64,000 nt of DNA from Styela clava (lineage: Eukaryota), in the NCBI RefSeq assembly GCF_964204865.1, contig NC_135261.1, forward strand, positions 19,778,001 to 19,842,000, read 5' to 3'. How positions within the stretch are numbered: position 1 is the first letter of the stretch; the number at the start of each line of letters is the position of its first letter. Made by a program: the position numbers and the translations under genes. The notes beneath the pieces were generated by a model that worked only from the letters and a program-made list of their open reading frames with translations, did not search any database and had not been told where the DNA came from. Of the stretch, positions 50,575 through 63,269 are shown in pieces.

Positions 50575-51630
50575 TCAACGTTTTATGCCACTTTTATTAT
50601 GGCCCATTTTTTGTTTTGCAGTAATGTTATATAAAATTTTACCAAGATCATGATTATGAAATTTTTCATCTTCCGTGAAAGATATTTGTTTTTGTGAAGA
50701 AAAAGTCCTAAACTTAATTCCTTCAGCATTGATAGTATAAATTTTGTGAAGCTGAAATTCTGCCATACCCTCGAAGCTGGTGGGATTGGACAATTATTGC
50801 GCCCACGGCTAGTGGCACTGTATATAACCTTTTACGCTGCTTCATTTTTTTTTTAAATATTTTTTGCGACAAAATCATGCGTTTTCCAACCGACAAATCT
50901 TTTTCTCTGACAACGCCACAGGCAAGGTTACGTTATTGATTTTCTGAATAATCATCTAACATAAACAAGAGGAGACTCATTAGTACATTTATTGTAGTCC
51001 ATATATATTTCAAATCATTTATGGACATAAAGGACTATCTGTACACGAAGGAATATTAATAAACACCGTCTATTTCTTTGAAAAATTCATCTTTCTCATC
51101 GCAATAACCGGCACTACAATATGCACCCCTGCAGTCGCATCCACACGATATCTGAAAAAAAGTTAATATATATATGGCCACTTCTGTATTATTATTGCAA
51201 ATTTAATACTCGAGACAAGCTGACAAAGGACAAACGTAGTTACAGCTGGGATCAAAATACAATTAAAGCAAACGATTCGAACTTTAGATAGGACTCTGAA
51301 TATAATGTCCGCCATGCTTTAATTCTTTGGCTTATTGATAATTAAATCTTCGATATTTAATTTGAAATCAACTTGTTGATATGTTGACATAACATCATGT
51401 AAACAATCGTGGGGTTTAGACTTCGAAATAAGGAGATTTATTACATTCAATGATCTTGATTACGTGGGTATTGATATGAGATCGGTAATTCATATAAAAG
51501 TATACAGTAAGTTCATTTACATACTATTGACATACCACTTTTGGAAACACTATTTCTATTCCAAACTCTAGAAAACGGGGAGCACTGGATTATACAACAT
51601 TGAGCTAGTCAATTACGATAACAACACACT
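50575..51630 (-). pseudogene. 3' remnant of another family copy (E): last codons plus ~1 kb of 3' flank, cut by the satellite
   Basis: VCCYRN* at ~51609-51629 corresponds to VRCYCN*. 50575-51600 aligns by eye with 33160-34020 and 34860-35010. Confidence 0.7.
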
Positions 51631-54600
51631 ATGTCCTATTTCTCGCAATTTGTCCTTCTTGTCTAACACTTGTCCTGCTTTTTAAACTTTTCTCACACTT
51701 GTATTCCTACAGCTAAATTGCTCTGTTTGTATCACACTAATGCTGCTTCTCCCACTCTTGAGCTGTTTGTCCCACACTGGTCTTGCTTTTAACATATTTG
51801 TCACGTTTCTCGCACTTTCTATGCGTGTCTCACCGTTGAACTGATTGCCTCACAGTTGCTCTGTTTGTCCCCCACTTGTCCAGCTTTCTCAAACTTGTAC
51901 AATATTTGTACCTACATTTTTCCCGTTTGTCACTTCTTAGTACTGCTCTTAACACTCCTGCCCAACTTGTCCTGCTGTTCACACACATTTCCAGTTTGTC
52001 CAACTTTTTTCCAGTTTGTCTCACGCTTATTTTGCGTGTCACAACACTGTCCAGATTATCTCACACTTGATCTTCTTGCCTAGCTTGTCTCACACTTGTC
52101 TTGCTTGTCCCACATTTGTCACACTTGCCTTGTTTGTACCACACTTGTCCTGTTTGCCCCACACTTGTCATGCCTGTATCACACTTTGTCCTGTTTGTCT
52201 TTTCACGCTTTTTTCATAGCTTTCCTATTGGTCCCACACTTGTACAACTTCATTCTAACTTGTTATGAATGTCCCGCATTTATGGTGTTTGACCCATTCT
52301 CGTACAGTTAGTATCATACTTGTATAGCGTTTTACAATCTTGCCCAGCTTGTCTCACACTTGTCTTTGTGTATTAAACTTGCCCAGCTTGTTTCACATTT
52401 ATCTCTCTTGTATTGTACATGTTTTACTTTCTCTACAATTACCCAGCTTGTCAAAAAAGTGGGCTGTTTGTCTCCCACTTGTCTTGCTCGTATCACACAT
52501 GTCCTGATTTTTGCAACTTGTCCTGCTTTCTCTATAATTACACAGCCCGTCAAAAACCTGTGCTGTTTGTCCCCCGCCCCCTGTCTTGCCCGTATCAAAC
52601 ATGTCCTGATTTTTGCAACTTGTCCTGCTTGTCTTGATTTCCAAACTTTTTTCTCACTTGTAATGCTTTCCGCTAATTTACTATGCTTGTCCCGCACTTG
52701 TCTTGCTTGTCCTACACCTATCTAATTTAGCTCACACTTATTTCTAGTGTAACACCCCTGTCTAGATTATCTCACACTTGATCTGCTTGTCTTACACTTG
52801 TGTTGCTTGCTTGCATTCGCCACACTAGTATTGCTTGTACCACACTTGTCCCGTTTGCCCCACACATGTCTTGATTGTACTACACTTATTCTGTTTTTCA
52901 CCCATTGGCCATACTTTTCTCCAAGCTGTCCTGATGGTCCCAAACTTGTCCAGCATTTCTCAAACTTGTACTTCATATCCCACAATTATGATTGTTGTCC
53001 CACACTCGTCTAGCTTGTCTCATCTTCTATATCCTTTTCCAAACTTACCCTCGTTTTTCTTGTATCACACATGCCTCATACCTGTTCGATATTTTTCACA
53101 CCTGTCCAACTTATCTCACATCTGTCCTGCTTGTCTCACACCTGTCCTGCTTGTTACACGCATGCCCGATTTGTCCCACACTTGTACAGATTGTCTCACA
53201 CCTGTCCTGCTTATCCCATGGATATCCGTTTTCTCACTCTTGTCCATCTTGACTCACAACTATCCTGCTTTTTTCACACTTGTCTGGTTTGTTTCACACT
53301 TGTATCACACATGTCCTTCTCTGTCCCACACATGTCCTGTTTGTTCCACACTATTCCGGCTTGTCCCACACTTGTCAAGCTTGTCCCACACTTATCTTGC
53401 TTGTACCACACTTGCCCTGTTTGCCTCATAATTGTATTGCTTGTCGCACCTTTGCCCTGCTTGTCCCATACTTGTCTTGCTTGTATCACACTTGTCCTAC
53501 TTGTTCCACGATTTTCCAACTAGTCTTACACTTGTCTTTTTTGTTCTACCCTGTCTGGTGTGTCCTACACTTATCTTGCTTGCACCACACTTGCCCTGCT
53601 TGCCTCATAATTGTATTGCTTGTCGCACCTTTGCCCAGCTTTTCTCACACTTGTCTTGCTTGTACCACACTTGCCCTACTTGTATATTACTTGTCCTGCT
53701 TATAGCACACTTGAACTGCTAATACCAAACCTTTGCTCTTTTTACCACACTTATCTTGATTGTATCACACATGTCCTGATTCTTGCAACTTGTCCTAATT
53801 ATCTCACACTTGTCCTTCTTTCCAAACTTTTATCACACTAGTATTGCTTTCCGCTAATTTGCTCTGCTTGTCGCACACTTGTCTTGTTTGTACCACATAA
53901 ATGCTGGTTTTCCCAAACTTGAGCTGTTTGTCTCACACATGTCTTGCTTGTAACATGTTCGTCATGTTCTCGCACTTTTCATGCGTGTTTCCCAGTTGAC
54001 CTAATTGTCCCACAGCTGTGCTGTTCCTCCCACTTTTGTGTAGCTTTCTCAAACTTATACTACATTTGTACCTACATCTTTTCTGTTTTTCACTTCTTTG
54101 TACTGCTTGTAACACACTTGTCCAGCATGTCTCAAACTTGTATTTTTTGCTCTGCTTGTCCAACACTTGTCTTGCTTATCTAACACATGTCTTGATTGTC
54201 CAGCATGGCCAACACTTATCCTATTTGTCACACACTAGTACCATCTGTCTCAAACTTGTCCTGCTTGTCTCGAATCTGTCTATTGTGTCCCACACCTGTC
54301 CGGCGTGTCTCACACATGTCCAGCGTTTCAAACACTTGTTTTGCATGTCACACAGTTGCGCTGCTTGTCCTACACTTGCTTTGCTTGTGCCACACTTGCC
54401 CTGCTATACACACACTTATTCAGATGTCGCACACTTGTCCTGCTCGTCTAACACTTGTCTGCCTTGTCCCACACTTGTCGTTCCAGTCTCAAACTTGCCC
54501 CCGTTTCTCGAGGTCGACCTACCAGTCTGATACCAGTCCAGATTGTTCTGCTTGTCCCACATTTATCATGCTCGCACCACACTTGTCCGTTTTTTCCCAA

Positions 54601-56950
54601 ACTCGTTCTGCTTTTTCCACATTTGTTCTGATTGTCCTACGCTTTTTTCTGTTCGACCAACACTTGTTTTGCTAGTCTCACACTTCTGCAACTTGTCCCA
54701 CACTGGTCTTGTTTGTTTAACCCCTGTCCAGCATGTCAAACACCTGTAGTGTTTTCCCACACAGTCCTGTTTATCCCATTATTGTCCTGCTCGTCCCACA
54801 CTTGTCCAGCTTTACTCACACTTGTTTTGCTCGTCTCACATTTACTCTTTTTATCCACACTTGTCTTGCTTGTACCATACTTGCCCTGCTTTTCTGATGT
54901 TTGTCTTGCTTTTAGAACATTTGAAATACTCATCCCAACCCAGTACTGTTTGTCCCAAACTTTGCTTACTCGTATCACACGTGTCCTGTATCTTGAAACT
55001 CGTCCTGCTTGTCTCACACCAGTACTGTTTTCAGAACTTTTCCCGCACGTAAATTGTTTGCCGCTAATTCGCTATCCTTGTCGCAGTCTTTCTTGTACCA
55101 CACTAATCCTGCTTCTCCCACACTTGATTTGTTTGTGCTTACTTGTCTTGTTTGTATCGCATTTTTACTGACTCTCGCACTTTTCATGCTTGTCACACAC
55201 TTATCTTAACACATTTGTTTTTTGTCTTACTATTGACCAGATTGCCCCACACTTGTTTTGTTGGCCTCGCACTTATCCTGCTTGTCCCACACTTTCCCAA
55301 CTTGGCTCGCACTTATTTTGCGTGTCACACACCTGCACAAATAGTCTCACACTTGATCTCTTTCCATAACTTGGGTCACATTTATCTTGCTTGTCTCACT
55401 TGCTTTGCTTGTACTACACTTGTCCTGTTTGCCCCCACACATTTCTTGCTTGTATCACACTTGTCCCGTTTGTCCCTCACTTGTGATGATTTTCTCAAAT
55501 CTGTTCTGATGGTCCCACACTTGTCCAGGTTTTCTGAACCTTGTACTGAATGTCCCGCACTTATGTTTGTCCTACGCTCGTCCAGTTTGTCTCATTCTTG
55601 TATAGCCTTTTCCAAACTTGCCCAGCTTGTCTCACAATTTTCATTTTTGTTTAACACTGTCACAGCCTGTTTCACACTTAACTTTCTTGTCTCATACCTG
55701 TTCTATTTTCCCTACAATTGTTCAGCTTGTCTCATACCTGTCCTGCCTGTCCTACACATGTTTGGTTTGTCCCACACTTGTTTTGATTTGTCCACATTTA
55801 CACGGCTTGTTTCATTCTTGTCTTGCTTGTATCGTACTTACCCTGCTTGTTCCACGATTATCCAACTAAATTTACACTTGTCTTGTTTGTCCCTCCTTGT
55901 CTGGTTCTTCCCACACTTGTCCAGCTTCTTTCATATTTGTCTTGCTTGTCTCACATTAGCCCTTCTTGTCCACACTTATCGTGTTTGGACCACATTTGTC
56001 AGGCTTGTCTCATACTTTTCTTGCTTGTATCACGCTTGTCCTGCTTCTTTCACGATTCCCCAACCAGTTTTACACTTTTCTTTATTGTTTCACCCTGTCT
56101 GGTTTGTCTTACACTTGTCCATCTTTTTTCGCACCTGTCTTGCTTATCCCAAACATGTGCTGTGTGTCCCACACTTATCTAGCTCGTATCTCATTTGTCC
56201 TGTTTCTTGCAACTTGTCCTGCTTTTAAAGCTTTTCTCGCACTCGTATTCCTGCCGCTAATTTTCTCTGCTTATCACTCACTTGTCTTGCTCGTACCACA
56301 CACTAATGCTGCTTCTCCCTCATTTGAGCTGTTGTATTCTTGTCTTGCTTGTAACAAATTTGTCCTGTTTCTCGCACTTTTCATGCTGACCTGATTGCCT
56401 CACAGTTGCTCTGTTTGTCCCACACTTGCCCAGCATGTCTCACACTTGTCTTTGTTTTTTCACTCTTGTCCAGCTTGTCCCACACTTGCCTTGCTTTTTC
56501 CTAATTTCCTGCTTGTCCCACACTTATTTTCCGAGTCACACCACAATCCAGATTGTATTACACTTGATCTGCTTACCTAGCTTGTCTCACACTTGAACTG
56601 CTTGTCCCACATTTGCCACACTTGCCTTGCTTGTACCAAATTTGTTCTGTTTGCCACACACATGTCTTGCTTATATCACACTTATTCTCTATGTCCCACA
56701 CTTGGCATAATTTTCTCAAAGCTGTCCTGATGGTCCCACATTTGTCAAGCTTTTTTCAAACTTGTACTACATGTCCCGCACTTATGATGTTTGTCCCAGC
56801 CTCGTCCAGTTGGTCTCATACTTGTGTAGCCTTTTTCAAACTTTCCCAGATCGTCCCACACTTGTCTTACACTTGACTAGCATTTCTCACACTTGACTTG
56901 CTTGTCCCATATTTGCCACACTTGCCTTGCTTGTACCACACTTGCCCTGT
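51630..56950. repeat. Diverged satellite, ~20-bp unit CACACTTGTC(C/T)TGCTTGT(C/A)(C/T), ~5.3 kb, with ~1.2-kb higher-order repeat
   Basis: cacacttgtc recurs about every 20 bp throughout. The marker ccgctaatt falls at 52670, 53851, 55061 and 56254. Strong pyrimidine bias on the + strand. Confidence 0.95.
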
Positions 56951-58104
56951 TGTTGTTGGTATAGATTCGCAGTAGTAGTGTAAAAAATAGAAAATATAAA
57001 AAAAAAATCTAAAATATTTGGGCTTGCACCAATCTAATGTTACTATCCAAGTTAACTTTAATCTGCTAATCACGTAAAAAATGCGAGATCGTTTGTCGAA
57101 ATATTTTCTATTCCTTGAGATAAAACTACTTCTTATATTCGAACAAACCTTATGTTTGGTTGGCTGTCATATGAAAATGTTTACATTTTCGCCTATAATG
57201 GTGATGATGACTAGATGAGTCAATGAAATAATTTTTCTATTAGACCCAAAGTTGAACCAAAACATGAACCATAATATTTAAATTTTGAACTGTACGCTGT
57301 ACTTATGGTATTCAAAATCGATTTAATCTCAACTATTCTCTTTCTTATACTGATAACAAACACAACAATTCTATTCAACACCGCACATTAGCAGAGAATT
57401 GTAAGATAAACCAATATCTTGGAATTTCTGTAGTTGTGCGACTTAATTTCGTTAGAAGCATTATGATAATTTTATACTCACCCATAAACTCTCCTGTTCC
57501 AACCGAAGTTCATATAAGGTACAAGATTAAAGTGTTTTGAAAAAAAAAAATTTTGTTTGTTTTGTATTTAGAAGAATATCTCGTTATCGATTTCTCCTGC
57601 TTTTAATAAATAATTAAGGCAATAAATATCACGTGCACCAATATTAGTAGAGAAATAATCTTCTTTGCCAAAAAATGAAAAAAATATTTCCCATTGTGGT
57701 GAGGGGTAAATACAAGCGTTACATGATTTACCAAAATGTTCCCGAATGGAACAAAACATCCCCACTTTCAAGCCAACTAGTTTTTATATTCAAAACCAGA
57801 GCCAAATCATTTTTTTAACTTTGCAGACAAAGATACAATATAATCAAAACTTAAAGCTCTCCAGGATTCGTATTTTCTTAATATGTCATGTTTGACACCC
57901 TAACTGCTGTGCAAATATTTTATGCCGATTGTGCCTTGAAGGTTTGGAGTTCCTTGCCTCTGTCATCTTGAGCACGGTTTGAGCACAGCATCAACTTACC
58001 AGCACATTTATTTGGTGAGTTTGTTGGATCATCACGCTATACATTTGCAGGTTGGAATTATATGTACATTTAATAATTATATATATATATATATATATAT
58101 ATAA

Positions 58105-58176
58105 CGAGAATTTTCTCTGTATTATTGGAATATATATATATATATATATATTCCAATATTACAGAGAAAATTCTCG
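58105..58176. repeat. TA-centred palindrome
   Basis: 26-bp arms (1 mismatch) around (TA)10; a second (TA)n tract is adjacent at ~58078-58103. Confidence 0.9.
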
Positions 58177-60998
58177 CTTCGACAGTCAGGAACAGGAGTT
58201 TATTAAATGTATATGCTAATATCATAATATTGTTGTAATGTGAGAATGTAGGATTTAAGATAGATATCTATACTTAAAAAAACAACTCGTTATAACGGTG
58301 CATCGCAAGATGTTTATTAAAAATGTCCAGCAATAGTTGATAACATAGAGCTTTAAAGCAATAAATAGATCAAAATAAAATATTTGTTCATTATTTTCAA
58401 GTGCTTCAAATCTTGTGAAAAAACATTTGGTATTGTCGAAGTAGAACCTTACCCCTGGATGAGTGTGTAAAAAATGAACTTCACTGTTATGCCCTTATAT
58501 CTTGACACCTTATTTTTGCTAGAGTACTGTACCTGTTAAAATAATTAAAAAAATAATACCAAATATGATTGACGTTCAATTGGCGTCGAAAAACACTTTC
58601 TTATCAACGAAATGTTTCGTTACTGTTTTAACTTACGTATGTATTGGGGGAATATGTTCTTCTTAATCTTCGGAACTTGTACATCACAAAAGTTTTCAGC
58701 GGTCATACTAGGTCCGTTCATAGTCAACGTTCCAGCAAGACAAAATCCTTTTGTTGTTGATGTTTGATATTTTTCTCTTACCCAATTATATGGAATTTTG
58801 TCGGAAATTCAATTAAATGGCATTTAACACATAATAGTTGAAAATGGAAAATAACGTATATCTATTTTGTGAGCATGCATTTCCAATAAGTTTTTATATC
58901 TCTACTTATAGTGTGAGACAAAATCGAAAAAGTGGTAAAATATGATTGATTTTTTACTGCATACAAATTCACCAAATATACTAAAATCTACCAAGCTAAT
59001 TTATTTGTGAGTGACAACTAAGTCTGGTTATTGGATGTATGATTACAAAGGGATTATTTTGCTAAAGTACTTTCAAATTTTATAATTTGAATTTTATTTT
59101 TAACTGTGTGCGCGTATATGGCCGAAAATAATATGATGAATTTAGTTCACGATAAATATGTTTGTTTGGGTGGTCGTTTTTTGTTATTTACTTGAAATAT
59201 GGATCATTGCATTTGGCAAACTGCATAACACAATCACTTGTTATTACCCTTTTGATAAATGAATCAGGCAATTGTTATTCGTTTTGCAGAATTCGGTTGT
59301 ATAGCGTTACAAAAGCGCTTTGATTGTAGATACACAAAATAATCTATACGGATATGGCAAAATAGCGATAATAATAACACTGATTCCAGGAAATATTTCA
59401 ATTTACTATTTTCAAATTTCAGATTTGTATCAATCTACTTATCAGATGTAGAAAGCATCATGATTGCATCCAGGTGCATTTGTTTTTATTTATAGAAACC
59501 TCGCGCATTTTCCCTGATTCAGTTGCAGTGTGTGTTTATCAATGAAGTCCGGACCATGCCTGAGTGCTTTTACATGATGTAGTTTTGCAATAGCATCAGA
59601 TGTCATCAGTGGCGTTTTTACTGTGCGATTGTTTCATAGAAGAAATAAAAAAAATTTTTAACGAAAATAATTCTACAGTTAATTCCACATATTTTAGCTT
59701 CCTCGAAATTAAAACTTTTCGTGAACAAAAGCAAAACTATTTGTATTTACGCCGTGCATTGGACATATAACGCAAATTAGAGCCACAAAAGTTGAAGAAT
59801 TCTTGAAAGTATTACATTGTGGTATGTCGCAGAAATTCGCTGAATAAGAAATATGTAATGTAACTGAGAAATGCAGTCAAATTTATTAACCACGGGGAAT
59901 TATCGGAGAAAATAATAAAATAAAGTATCTGACAAGCCGGATGGGTGAATAAAGAGAATACAAACATAGTATGTGTAGAAAGTAGGTATATTACAAAGAA
60001 TGTAATTTCATAGGAATTTTGTGCAAAGAATCTAAAGTAAAATTAAAAAATGTCGCAAATATAAATGTGATTTATTTCTGATTAATTTAACATAAATGCC
60101 CGTGTGACTTTTGCCCTATGACTGACTACATATAATGATCCAATGACTTACTGCTTGTATGTGTTTCAACTTAAATACGTGAGAAATCAAACGAATATTG
60201 GAATTCTATCTCAACGCACTACGGATGTTGAATATGCGCGTGATCTTGTAACTATGAATCATTCTTGGTTAAATTTATCGTCATGTCAACGACAGATAAC
60301 GTTTTTACGTCAGAGTCTTCATGGTCACGGTTGATTGAGAGACAATGCAGTATGGTAGATTAATGGTGCCTAATGTTTTCTTGCTACTAAAAGCCATTTG
60401 TACAATGAATGTATCACTGATAACGTTCGATACTTTTACCAAACATGTAATAAAACTCAAATATGTTGCGAGCTTTACATAAAAAACAGAACGCAAATTG
60501 AAAATTGGACTAGAGAAAATGAATATTTCTCGAATCCTACTATATTAAAGAAAAATATTCAATGAATGATAATGAAGACCCTTCCTTCCTGCTTATAAAT
60601 CGTTATTTGGATAGTTCACGGGCTTGTTTAAACTTTCGGCGATGTACTCAGATCTGGCATATCTTGCTATCTTATTTTTAGATTAGATATCACGTCTTGA
60701 TAGTTGATCTCGCCATATTTATATATATATACAAACTGGATTCTTTACCATATCATGCCCTGATGAAGCTTGTCCGAATAGAAAACCAAAACGTTGAAAA
60801 GCACTTCGTTTCTATAACACCGGTTGGGTTGTATATGTCCTTAACAAAAACAGAATTTTTTCGATAAACTAAATAGAACTTTGTGACAATAGCAAATTTG
60901 CAATATCAATACCACTAGGAAACAATTTGATAAATAACAACTAAAATGTTAGTCTATTCAATTAAAGAGTCCAGCTGCACACTAACACAAATGTATTT

Positions 60999-61040
60999 CT
61001 GTAACGTTTCGTCTGACCAGAGTCAGACTTCCTCAGACAA
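60999..61040 (-). ncRNA. Minimal hammerhead ribozyme motif, copy 2
   Basis: Minus strand TTGT-CTGAGGA-A-GTCTGAC-TCTG-GTCAGAC-GAAACGTT-ACAG, with a perfect 7-bp stem II. Confidence 0.8.
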
Positions 61041-61884
61041 GCAGTTTACAACAATGGCAAGAAATAAATTTGGTAAATGAATTTGAAATATCAAATCAAG
61101 TATGACGTAACAATGCATAAACATTTAATTTGCATTTAGCCGTAGAAGTAATGATGGGAAGATTAGAACCACAAATATCAGTGGAGCTCAAATTCGGAAC
61201 ATTGGAACCCCAAGGACTCAATTCACGGGAGAAATAGACTGTAGACTCATCTAAGAATTATTATTTAATAATAATTTTCATTTCAACGTCATATAATATT
61301 TAAATTTAACAATCACCCTTTTTCTTAAGTTTATATTATTACTCGCCCCTTGATTGGCGTTTTATTTTACTATTATTTTCAAGTGTCCCAAGTTTAATTT
61401 TAATTATAATTCAAAGCCTTGGATTTATGTGCTTGCGATAGTTTTTTAATTTTTTTTTGTCCTACTCGAAATATGCTAGATGGTTAATTCAATCATTTAT
61501 TATTATGAATTATTATTATATTTTAACGCTATTTAAGATCAAAATTCAGCAATAACTTTTAACCTTTTTTAATTTTGAAATTGGTCCTCACCAGACTAAG
61601 CCTTGATTTATGTTTAAATGTTGGTTTACTTCCTCGTGGTTCTCTAAGTGCCCATAATTTTAATTACATTTAGTTACCCATCATTTTCGTAAATGCAATA
61701 ATAAATTTTTTTTTTTTTTCAATTACATCTGAAATGAGCTCCACTGATATTTGTGGTTCTAATCTTCCCATCATTACTTCTACGGCTAAATGCAAATTAA
61801 ATGTTTATGCATTGTTACGTCATACTTGATTTGATATTTTAAATTCATTTACCAAATTTATTTCTTGCCATTGTTGTAAACTGC

Positions 61885-61926
61885 TTGTCTGAGGAAGTCT
61901 GACTCTGGTGAGGCGAAACGTTACAG
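61885..61926 (+). ncRNA. Minimal hammerhead ribozyme motif, copy 3 (stem II weakened)
   Basis: TTGT-CTGAGGA-A-GTCTGAC-TCTG-GTGAGGC-GAAACGTT-ACAG; one mismatch and one wobble in stem II. Confidence 0.65.
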
Positions 61927-63269
61927 AAATACATTTGTGTTAGTGTGCAGCTGGACTCTTTAATTGAATAGAATAGTCATGTTTATTCCAGCTACAGTAT
62001 CCTTGCAGTATACGCATACGGATCCACTAGCATAAAGGCATAGAGAAAAGATAGGAAGTTAGTCTCGCGCAACCCAACTCAAATTTAAAATGTTAGTAAT
62101 TGCATAATTCAGTTTTCATTTTGGCGCCAATCATACGATAAAAGTTTGGTTATGACGTAATGTTCAGTGATTCAGTTTGATTTATTCCACCAAGTTTGTG
62201 TCTGACAAAATATAACTTTATCTAAATATCTACATTCCGCTTGACTATTATAATCATGTACTCAAACTCCTATGCACAGTTTAGCACAAAAATTGAAAAT
62301 CTAAGACCTTCTTAATATATCCTGTATTGTTACCAAACATTCGTCACACCAGCATTTCCTGCAAAACACCAGTGTCATCTGCCAAGACGACGATCTCTAT
62401 TAGTTGACTGATTGAATTAAAACGATAATCAGTGATTGAATATATATAATTTGCAATCAAGAGTAATTACAAAATTGACTTCGAATACGTCCGATGCAGA
62501 ACCACGATAACACAAATGCAAACAACAATAACAACATAGATAGTATCATGTTTGAGTATTGAACTCGCATCCAGATTTTTGTTTGGGACAAGAATTTTCT
62601 ATTTCAATATTGAAGATGTCATTGATTCATCAAACTGGTGAACATGAGCAGAAATTTAACCTTTCATAAATTTATTATGAATCAAGGACGACTAGTGTTT
62701 TGACATGAATAGCCACAAAAAGGTAAATATTGTACGATTTATTATTTTTTAAGATACGTTTACGTATGTAAGTGCTATGAACAATATCGACAGTATTTCT
62801 CAATGCATTTTCTAATTTAATCGGACTTGATTAGATTGAAAATTTGCCGAAACGACATTATTCTTTATGTCTTAGGACGATCAATTTTTCTTTTTGACTT
62901 TTTTTTTTGAAATTGTATTATATATTTTATTGAAAATTAAACGTTTTGAACATATGCATGTATAGCTCGGCTCATAGAATAGTTTCATGTTTCTATTGAC
63001 GGTAAATGGAGGAATTCAAAAACAATTAAAAAAACTAGTAGTTTGAATCTATGTTCGTAAAATAGATGCCGATACCAAAAGCTGTATCTGTACCTTAATG
63101 ACTATTTATCTTCACCCCAGTAGAAGCACTACAACTACTATAACTACCAAGCCTACATTCGCAGTCAACATGACTTTGCACAACCACAGCACGCGAGAAA
63201 AACAGCTGATTGATCGATGCGAGGAAAGCTAGAAAGTAAAGTAAAATCGTCTTCGCCTTTTAAACAACA

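Larger units (their letters stand above)
60954..62045. mobile_element. Penelope-like insertion with inverted terminal repeats (237-bp arms 60954-61190 and 61735-61971)
   Basis: The arms are near-perfect reverse complements and each carries a hammerhead core. The right arm extends to ~62045, matching 40190-40270. Confidence 0.75.
57480..62549 (-). pseudogene. Possible decayed multi-exon secreted gene with CUB-like segments
   Basis: Signal-like exon MILSMLLLLFAFVLSWFCIG (~62489-62549). Exon-like pieces DIYNPTGVIET (~60840), GFCLAGTLTMNGPSMTAENFCDVQVPKI (58637-58776) and VQYSSKNKVSRYKGITVKFIFY (58453-58532) have splice signals but mismatched phases and stops. Confidence 0.3.

Noticed and set aside
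51536-51612. UGA-CUAG stop-codon read-through context with an open frame to the next donor
   Set aside because: Present only in the broken copy E; intact copy A has TGA TAA and copy C ends in TAA.
51630-56950. CRISPR array, or long Cys/His/Leu-rich proteins (ORFs up to 361 aa)
   Set aside because: Units are contiguous and degenerate, with no unique spacers and no cas genes. The 20-bp period is not a multiple of 3, and ORFs occur in all frames because the repeat is stop-poor.
60759-60796. CTGATGAAG...AAAACGTTG hammerhead-like string
   Set aside because: There is no pairable stem II and no correctly placed GAAA.
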